A stretch of 51,410 bases of DNA from a virus (taxonomy: Duplodnaviria > Caudoviricetes): the IMG/VR virus record IMGVR_UViG_3300035703_000130, positions 1 to 51,410 of that record. The stretch is one strand, 5' to 3'. Numbering within the stretch: the stretch's first letter is position 1; the number at the start of each line of letters is the position of its first letter. Under the pieces are notes generated by a model. The model was given only the letters and a program-made list of their open reading frames with translations, was not told the DNA's origin and did no database searches. The translations under genes were made by a program, and so were the position numbers. Shown here one piece after another: positions 44,679-51,410 of the stretch.

Positions 44679-44752
44679 ATACAACGCCATAAGGTGCGCC
44701 CTGTGGCCCCCTCAGAGGCTACGGCCTTTGGGGTTATTCCTGTAGGTGAAAT

Positions 44753-45142
44753 ATGCACAGTCAAGCCCTCCCATACGATATGAAGATTGCCGAGACTGTT
44801 CAACGAATGGTCGCTTCTGGCGTTAGTGTCAATGTCATCTTTGATACTACCAAAGAAATGAAAAACGGACCTCAATCCCTCACCACATTTTATAAGCTTT
44901 ACCGAAAAGACCTTGTTGCTGCTAGGGCGGCTCTCCATGAGGGTGTTGGTAACCTTATTGTAAAGAAAGCTATGGATGGTGACGTTAAGCTTCTTGAACT
45001 CTTAGCTAAGACTAAACTTGGTTGGAGCGAGAAGGTTATCGTTGAAGAGCAAGACCCGAATAGTATGGATGAAAACACCAGTGCTATTGATGATCTGCTC
45101 GCCAAGCTGAACCTGAAAGCAAAACAGGATGAATCAAACTAG
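44753..45142 (+). CDS. terS: Terminase small subunit
   Basis: TFYKLY...G...KA.DGD...KTKLGW pattern; directly upstream of terL. Confidence 0.75.
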   Translation: MHSQALPYDMKIAETVQRMVASGVSVNVIFDTTKEMKNGPQSLTTFYKLYRKDLVAARAALHEGVGNLIVKKAMDGDVKLLELLAKTKLGWSEKVIVEEQDPNSMDENTSAIDDLLAKLNLKAKQDESN

Positions 45143-46538
45143 TTTAGGTAAGAATGGCCTCAATCTTCACGCCGATGACCTCAGATCAATGGGGTATGAC
45201 GTAGAAGACATGCTTAGGCAGTTAGATGCCAAAAAAGCAGAGGAACTTCTGTTCACTTGGAGATTCTGGGCTAGGCCCGAACAACTTCCTCCTAAGACAA
45301 CCTTATCAGGCGAACCGTGGAATAACTGGCTAATCAATGCTGGTCGTGGATTCGGTAAAACCCGTGCTGGTGTTGAATGGTGTCGTGAAAAGATCAAACG
45401 CGGTTTTAGACGCGGTATGGCTGTTGCTGCTACCAACTCTGATATTGAACGTGTTATGATCAAAGGGGAAAGTGGTTTCCTCGCTTGTTGCTGGAAAGGT
45501 GACAGGGACGTTAACGGAAAAGAAATTGGTGCGCCTGAGTGGTCCCCTACTAAAAGGACCTTAACTTGGGCTAACGGTGCTACTATTACGTTCTTCTCAG
45601 CGGAAGAACCTGAACGCCTCAGAGGACCGCAAGGCGACTTTGCTTGGTGTGATGAACTCTGTGCTTGGAACAGAGACCGTGATACTTGGGACATGCTGCA
45701 ATTCTGTTTGCGCTTGGGTAAACACCCTCAAGTCTGTATCACAACAACTCCCAAACCAACTAAACTTATCCGGGATATCTTAAAGCATCCCAAAACAGTT
45801 GTTACTACTGGTTCTACATTTGATAACAAAGCGAACCTCGCTGAAACATATGTAGAGAACGTTAAGGCCACGTATGAAGGCTCCAGGATTGGCCGTCAAG
45901 AGCTTTATGCTGAAATTCTTGATGAAGCTTCTGGTGCGTTGTGGACAAGAGACCTTCTCTCTAAATGCGAGATTGAAATCGAAGACCCGGTAGAATTTGC
46001 TAAGACACTCAATCGTGTTGTCGTCTCAGTAGACCCGCAGATCACAGTTAACGAAGAATCGGACATGACAGGTATTGTTGTGGCTGGTATCGACGTAAAC
46101 GGTATTTGCTATGTTCTCCAAGATGCAACCGAGAGGTTTACCCCAGAGGGTTGGGCGTCTAAAGCAGTAGAACTTTATCATCTATATGAAGCTGATCGTA
46201 TTGTCGCTGAGAGAAATCAAGGTGGCGAAATGGTCAGACACACGTTTAAGACTGTAGATGAAACAATCCCAATCAAGCTAGTCCACGCTTCTCGTGGTAA
46301 GTTTGCCCGTGCTGAACCTGTGTCGTCCCTTTACGAAAGGGGTAGGGTTAGGCATAATCGCGGCTTGGACGCCTTAGAGGATCAGATGGTTCAATGGTGC
46401 CCACTAGGGTCCATAGGATCACCGGACAGGTTAGATGCCTTAGTCTGGGCTATCACCGAGTTGGCTCTTAAGGGTGTTTCTCGTCCAGAGTTAAGTCTTA
46501 GTTACGGTGATGCAAAAGGTATCAGTATTCATGTTTAA
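45129..46538 (+). CDS. terL: Terminase large subunit
   Basis: AGRGFGKT, PERLRGPQ, AWCDE, TTTPKP, VSVDP, SPDRLDA. Confidence 0.95.
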   Translation: MNQTSLGKNGLNLHADDLRSMGYDVEDMLRQLDAKKAEELLFTWRFWARPEQLPPKTTLSGEPWNNWLINAGRGFGKTRAGVEWCREKIKRGFRRGMAVAATNSDIERVMIKGESGFLACCWKGDRDVNGKEIGAPEWSPTKRTLTWANGATITFFSAEEPERLRGPQGDFAWCDELCAWNRDRDTWDMLQFCLRLGKHPQVCITTTPKPTKLIRDILKHPKTVVTTGSTFDNKANLAETYVENVKATYEGSRIGRQELYAEILDEASGALWTRDLLSKCEIEIEDPVEFAKTLNRVVVSVDPQITVNEESDMTGIVVAGIDVNGICYVLQDATERFTPEGWASKAVELYHLYEADRIVAERNQGGEMVRHTFKTVDETIPIKLVHASRGKFARAEPVSSLYERGRVRHNRGLDALEDQMVQWCPLGSIGSPDRLDALVWAITELALKGVSRPELSLSYGDAKGISIHV

Positions 46539-46980
46539 GTGTGCTGGTTGTAAAACTTATAAGGACTCGGAGTTCTTTAGCAAAAATGCTAGTCGATCTT
46601 CCGGTCTATCACACATGTGTAAAATTTGTATATCTTCTCGTAACGAAAGTGTTGGAGCGGATCATGCAAAGCACTATGCTAAAAATAAACTATACTACAA
46701 GATTAAAGCTTCTTTTAGGAAAAAGTCTGTCAAACAAGCTACCCCAAAATGGCTTAGTGCAGAAGACAAAAGCAAGATTATATCTATCTATCTTCACGCC
46801 AGAGATTGTCAAGCGGTAACGGGAGAACCTTACCACGTCGATCACATTATCCCCTTACAAGGGGAGACTGTCTGTGGCCTTCATGTTCCGTGGAATCTCT
46901 GTGTATTGCCTGCGGAGGTTAATATAAGAAAGAGCAACAAAACATGTTTGGACGGTTTTTCAATAAAAGCACAGAACTAA
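46531..46980 (+). CDS. HNH endonuclease between terL and portal
   Basis: C..C...C..C, TPKW, YHVDHIIPLQG..VCGLHVPWNL...N..KSN; overlaps both neighbours. Confidence 0.88.
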   Translation: MFKCAGCKTYKDSEFFSKNASRSSGLSHMCKICISSRNESVGADHAKHYAKNKLYYKIKASFRKKSVKQATPKWLSAEDKSKIISIYLHARDCQAVTGEPYHVDHIIPLQGETVCGLHVPWNLCVLPAEVNIRKSNKTCLDGFSIKAQN

Positions 46981-48404
46981 GTGCGCCAAAAGCTAAAGTA
47001 GAACTTGGTGTCTCTGGTCGTAACACTTATACGGGTCAAATCCGTGCCGATGAATTTCTTCAAGAACTCAAAGGCAAGAAGGCTATCCGCAAGTATCAAG
47101 AAATGCGAGACAACAACAGCGTTATTGGTGCAGTCCTTTACGCTATTGAACAAACCCTCCGAGACGTGAAGATCAAGGTTAAACCTGCTGATGAATCCGA
47201 AGCTGCTCAAAAGGAAGCTAAGTTCCTAGAGGAAGTCCTTGCGGACATGGATCATAGCCTTGACGATCATATCTCTGAGGCTTTGTCGCACCTGACCTAC
47301 GGCTTTGCTTGGTTCGAGGTTGTATATAAAATTCGTGGTGGTGACACTAACAACCCTAAGAAGAAGTCAAAATACACTGACGGCCGTATTGGGGTAAAGA
47401 AGCTCGCTATTCGCGCACCTTGGACAGTTGATCGTTTTGAGATTGATCAGGACACAGGGGATACGCTTGGTGTTTGGCAGGAGTCTTATTGGGGTAAGCC
47501 CGCAGTAATGATCCCTACGAACAAGTCCCTTTACTACAGGACTACCACTTTGAACAATGATCCTTCGGGACGCTCTGTTCTTCGTAATGCCTACGTCTCT
47601 TATACATACCTGAACAAGATTCAAGACTTTGAAGCTATTGCTATTGAGCGTGAACTCCACGGTGTTCCTGTTGGCCGTATGCCTGCTGAATATCTTAGCT
47701 CGGATGCTACGCCAGAACAGCAAGAGTTACGTGCAAGCTTTGAACGTATTCTCCGCGACCTCAAGAAGAATGAACAAGGTTTTGCCCTGCTTCCTTCGGA
47801 CCTCTATGTTGATGCGGATGGTAAACCCACCAATCAAAGGCTGATGGACCTTGAACTGATTACCGCTAATGGTAGCCGTTCTATTGACATTGACCCTGTG
47901 GTTCGCAGGTATCAGCACGATATCGCTCGCTCGGTTATGGCTGAGTTTATGATGCTTGGTAGTGGAAGTGGTTCTTATGCTTTGTCGAAGTCTAAGACAG
48001 ACCTTTTCCTTCGCTCCCTTGAAAGCTATATCAACACTATCGTTGATGTTCTGAACAAGCAACTTGTCGAACGCCTGTGGGCTTTGAATGGCCTTCCTTT
48101 CGAGACAATGCCTAAGCTTGAGGCTGGCGATGTTGCTCCGCATGATCTTAAAGAGATCGCTTCCTTCCTTCGTAACCTCAACGGTGCTAACATTAACGTT
48201 GCTGATAACGTTGAAGTTGTCACTGACTTGATGGAAATCGCTGAGCTTGACTTTGATAGTGACGCTTATGTTGAGAACAAAGAGAAGCAAAAGGCTGAGG
48301 AACAAGCTGCTAAAGAACGAGAGTTTGAGCTTCAAACACAAGCTGTTCAAGCGAAGACGCAACCACAAGAGGCTCCACCTCAGAAACCAAAAGGTAAAAC
48401 CTAA
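46944..48404 (+). CDS. Portal protein
   Basis: DEFL.EL.G, YGFAWFEVVY, P.GRS.LR.AY, GSYALS. Confidence 0.9.
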   Translation: MFGRFFNKSTELSAPKAKVELGVSGRNTYTGQIRADEFLQELKGKKAIRKYQEMRDNNSVIGAVLYAIEQTLRDVKIKVKPADESEAAQKEAKFLEEVLADMDHSLDDHISEALSHLTYGFAWFEVVYKIRGGDTNNPKKKSKYTDGRIGVKKLAIRAPWTVDRFEIDQDTGDTLGVWQESYWGKPAVMIPTNKSLYYRTTTLNNDPSGRSVLRNAYVSYTYLNKIQDFEAIAIERELHGVPVGRMPAEYLSSDATPEQQELRASFERILRDLKKNEQGFALLPSDLYVDADGKPTNQRLMDLELITANGSRSIDIDPVVRRYQHDIARSVMAEFMMLGSGSGSYALSKSKTDLFLRSLESYINTIVDVLNKQLVERLWALNGLPFETMPKLEAGDVAPHDLKEIASFLRNLNGANINVADNVEVVTDLMEIAELDFDSDAYVENKEKQKAEEQAAKEREFELQTQAVQAKTQPQEAPPQKPKGKT

Positions 48405-48787
48405 TGTCTAGTTTTTCCGATTATCTTGAGAACGCAGTTTTAAACCATGTGTTCCGCAACACTGCTTTGACTGCCCCTGCAAGTGTTTGGTTGGCCCTTT
48501 ATACTGTCGCCCCAACTGATGCTGGTGGTGGAACACAGGTTACTGGCGCTGGCTATGCTCGCCAACAAATTACTTTTGGTGCCCCTTCTGGGGGCGCTAT
48601 TTCTAACACTGCCGCTGTTTCTTTTACTGCTACAGGTGGTAACTATGGAACTGTTGTTGCGGTGGGTATCTTTGATGCTTCTACTGCCGGTAACCTCCTT
48701 GCGTGGGACGACATTACTTCCGCAGTAATTAACGATGGTGATACGCTCAACTTCCCAATCGGTGATATTGACGTTACCCTTACCTAA
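48404..48787 (+). CDS. Small virion fibre-associated protein
   Basis: SDYLEN..LNH, LALYT..P, GYARQ, GIFDA.T.GNLL motif. Confidence 0.7.
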   Translation: MSSFSDYLENAVLNHVFRNTALTAPASVWLALYTVAPTDAGGGTQVTGAGYARQQITFGAPSGGAISNTAAVSFTATGGNYGTVVAVGIFDASTAGNLLAWDDITSAVINDGDTLNFPIGDIDVTLT

Positions 48788-48807
48788 TCTAGTCACGAGG
48801 TTTTAAT

Positions 48808-49755
48808 ATGGCTGATATTGATCTTTCTACGTTAACACCTCGTGATCAAGACACTGCCGATAAGTTTGTAGTTATGAAGGAAGGCTCCCCCGACGAAATG
48901 GGATTGGTGGACACTTTTACACAAGTTCCACTTGCCCCTGTTGCCGACCCTTCCGCCCCGGCAAGCGGGCTGCTGCTTTACGCCCAAAGCTTCGCTAACC
49001 GCCTGCTGCCAAAGATCATCGGGCCGTCCGGGATCGATACGGCGTTGCAGGTGGGCCTGCACGGCAACAGCGTCATGCTGATCAGCCCCACTTCAGGCAC
49101 TTCTGCGCCCAGCATCATCGGCGGCACCCTGACCACCGCGGCCACTATGTCGCTGCAGTACACTTCCGGATCGTCGAACCGCTGGTCCTCGACGCAGCGC
49201 AAGCGGTTCCAGACATCGACGACGGCAGGCAACACATCAGGAATGCGCACGGCCTATTCCATCGTGCACCGTGGCAACGCGCCGGGCTTCGGTGGCTTTT
49301 TCTTCCGCGCGCAGTTCGGGATGCAAATCAACCTGAACGGCGGGCAGAAGTTCGTCGGCCTCTGCAACTCGACCGGGGCGCTGACAGGCAATCCTTCGGC
49401 ATTGGTCCGCATGTGCGGCATGGGCTATGACGCATCGGACGCGTCGACCGGCAACTGGTTCTTCATGCGGAACGACAACACCGGAACGGCGACGAAGGTT
49501 GACCTCGGGGCCGACGCAGCGCGCAACACAACCGACGCATATGACCTGATCATGTTCATGCCACCGAACAGCGGGACGCTCTACGTGCGGATCACCAACA
49601 TCGTCACCGGGGCCCTGGTCCTCGATACCTCCTACACGACCGACATCGTGGACGCGAACAACGGCATGTCCTTCAAGGCCGAGGTCCACAACGGCGCGGT
49701 GGCCGCAGCGGATAATATTGAGGTTGCCAAGGTCTATATTGAAAAGGACTACTAA
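48808..49755 (+). CDS. Putative fibre/receptor-binding protein with high-GC core
   Basis: Beta-rich; abrupt GC and codon shift over about 48945-49712. Confidence 0.6.
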   Translation: MADIDLSTLTPRDQDTADKFVVMKEGSPDEMGLVDTFTQVPLAPVADPSAPASGLLLYAQSFANRLLPKIIGPSGIDTALQVGLHGNSVMLISPTSGTSAPSIIGGTLTTAATMSLQYTSGSSNRWSSTQRKRFQTSTTAGNTSGMRTAYSIVHRGNAPGFGGFFFRAQFGMQINLNGGQKFVGLCNSTGALTGNPSALVRMCGMGYDASDASTGNWFFMRNDNTGTATKVDLGADAARNTTDAYDLIMFMPPNSGTLYVRITNIVTGALVLDTSYTTDIVDANNGMSFKAEVHNGAVAAADNIEVAKVYIEKDY

Positions 49756-49838
49756 GTCTACCCATAAGGGTGTAAATTTAGGATATAGATTGCCCTTTAA
49801 ACAATCCTTCTTTCAAGTTAAATAAGAAAGATTAAATC

Positions 49839-50720
49839 ATGGGTCTTATTCTTCTCGGACCCGATAGGGTTGTCCTTGGGACAGATACAATCAGTTTAGG
49901 TGGACCTAGCGGCGGCACAACGTATGACAGGGCTGCCGTTGTAACTTCTGCTTCTACGGTTGCTGTAGCTCGCTCTATAATTAGAAATCGTGTTGCTGTT
50001 GTATCTGCCGTCTCTAGTCTTTCTGCGGTATACACTACTTCTAGCGGTATTTCTAGAGCCGCAGCAATTAGCTCTGCTTCTTCTCTGATTGTTAATAGAA
50101 CTATCCGTAGAAACAGGATAAGCTTAACACAAGCACAATCTAGTGTTACTGTCTTAGCGAGAGTTATTAGAAATCGTGCAAGTTTAGTTCAAGCTCAATC
50201 TACTGCTACAGTTCTTGCTAGAGTAACAAGAAACAGAACAAGTTTAATCTCTGCTACCTCTAGCCTTGTAGCTAACTATGTTGTCTCTGGGACAATCAAT
50301 AGAGCCGCCCTATTCCAATCTGTAAGCTCTCTCGCCGTTAATCGTGCGTTGACAAGGTTCCGTGCTGTTGTTGTCTCTGGACAAAGTTCTGTCGCGGTAA
50401 ATAGGAATAGGCGTCTTTCACGTCTGGCTGTTGTTTCCTCTACTAGCTCTCTGAGTGTTCAGAGGCAGAAGATTTCTAACGTTACTGTCTCTATCCTAGC
50501 CACCTCTTTGGTTGAGGTTAGAGGGCAAGTTTCTAATGGTAAGTCTTCTCTTACTCTTATAGGAAACCCAAACCCATCGGCAGTTATTGAGGCTCTGCTT
50601 AGCACAGCTTCTATTCAAGGCTCACCAACAGACTTTAGCTTCAATGGAAACCCTAGTGCCTTCGTGATTACTGGTAGTCCAAATGATTTACCTGTGTTGA
50701 CAGGTTCCCCTTCTAATTGA
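49839..50720 (+). CDS. Ser/Ala/Val/Arg-rich ~20-aa repeat protein, probably structural
   Basis: About nine repeats like RNRASLVQAQSTATVLARVT. Confidence 0.65.
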   Translation: MGLILLGPDRVVLGTDTISLGGPSGGTTYDRAAVVTSASTVAVARSIIRNRVAVVSAVSSLSAVYTTSSGISRAAAISSASSLIVNRTIRRNRISLTQAQSSVTVLARVIRNRASLVQAQSTATVLARVTRNRTSLISATSSLVANYVVSGTINRAALFQSVSSLAVNRALTRFRAVVVSGQSSVAVNRNRRLSRLAVVSSTSSLSVQRQKISNVTVSILATSLVEVRGQVSNGKSSLTLIGNPNPSAVIEALLSTASIQGSPTDFSFNGNPSAFVITGSPNDLPVLTGSPSN

Positions 50721-50727
50721 GGTTGAT

Positions 50728-51087
50728 ATGGCCGCAAACACTGACATTACTGGCTTCTTCAAGGGTGAAGTTGTTGACATTAATTTCTTAGCAAAGAACA
50801 GGGATGGTTCGGTTCTTTCTTCTCCCGCTACAGCAACAGTTTCTATGACTATCGGAAACAACCCTGTAGATAACCCGTCCCTGACTTTCTCTACTGCAAC
50901 CGGAGAGATTACCCTTGTATCTGCTCCATTAGGTTCCTTCCGTATTTTCCTGGAACCAACTGATTTGGTTAGCCTCGCAGAAGGTAAAGTGTATTATTAC
51001 AACATTTGGACATGGCAAACCTCAACAGAAAAGACACTACAAGCTTACGGTAGGTTTGTATTGCAAAACTCTATTAGTCCACCATAA
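50728..51087 (+). CDS. Structural protein (BppU-N/Ig-like)
   Basis: G.F...L...D......G..Y.Y.I pattern; GAGG RBS. Confidence 0.55.
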   Translation: MAANTDITGFFKGEVVDINFLAKNRDGSVLSSPATATVSMTIGNNPVDNPSLTFSTATGEITLVSAPLGSFRIFLEPTDLVSLAEGKVYYYNIWTWQTSTEKTLQAYGRFVLQNSISPP

Positions 51088-51410
51088 TGGATATTGACAT
51101 GGATATGGATTTCAAAAGTGAAGTATTCAAGTTCAACGAAGAACAACGTCTTGTTTATGGTTGGGCTTATGTTTCCACTGTAAAGGGCGAGATTAGCTTA
51201 GATCACTCTGGCGAGTATATCAGGCCAGACGAGCTAGTTAAAGCCGCAACAAACTTTATGATGGACGTTCGGGTAGCTAAGGCTATGCACACAGGCTCTC
51301 AGATTGGAGAGATTGTTCACTCGCTACCTGTAACTAACGAAATTGCTGCCTCTTTAGGATTAACCACTGACCGTGAGGGTTGGATTATCTGCGTTAAGGT
51401 GCATGATGAT
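51087..51410 (+). CDS. XkdF-like prohead protease, N-terminal part (continues to 208; 134 aa in total)
   Basis: K.NEEQRLVYGWA...D..GE.I...EL.KAA..FM...AMH. Confidence 0.8.
   Translation, partial: MDIDMDMDFKSEVFKFNEEQRLVYGWAYVSTVKGEISLDHSGEYIRPDELVKAATNFMMDVRVAKAMHTGSQIGEIVHSLPVTNEIAASLGLTTDREGWIICVKVHDD
51284..51410. repeat. Terminal direct repeat (assembly overlap), copy 2
   Basis: Identical to 1-127. Confidence 0.95.

Noticed and set aside
48808-50720. Diversity-generating retroelement acting on fibre genes
   Set aside because: No reverse transcriptase and no template/variable repeat pair were seen.

Overview
The window is an apparently complete, circularly assembled genome (~51,283 bp; bases 1-127 repeat exactly at 51284-51410) of a lytic long-tailed dsDNA phage. 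No integrase, repressor, RNA polymerase or CRISPR array was recognised. The host is probably an alphaproteobacterium, inferred from GANTC usage and gene content. The + strand carries early genes (38.6-41.1 kb), a C5-MTase/tRNA block, terminase, portal, fibre genes, head, tail and lysis genes (wrapping round to 13.3 kb). The - strand carries replication and nucleotide-metabolism genes (13.3-37.6 kb): primase-helicase, family A polymerase, SSB, exonuclease, ThyX, NrdJ, PhoH, MazG-like protein, RNA ligase and tRNAs. Most notable: (1) a ~4 kb early region densely packed with GANTC (CcrM) sites, many matching the GcrA-preferred YGAKTCG, plus arrays of TGT-N12-ACA-like palindromes, suggesting the phage plugs into the host CcrM/GcrA epigenetic circuit; (2) a two-gene module of a YhhQ-type queuosine-precursor transporter and a compact TGT/DpdA-fold enzyme with no biosynthetic genes; (3) a DNA polymerase gene split in two by a free-standing endonuclease VII gene with no intron or intein; (4) non-canonical tRNAs interleaved with HNH genes and an orphan tRNA 3' half. 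All calls come from motif reading by eye; no database searches were run and counts are manual.
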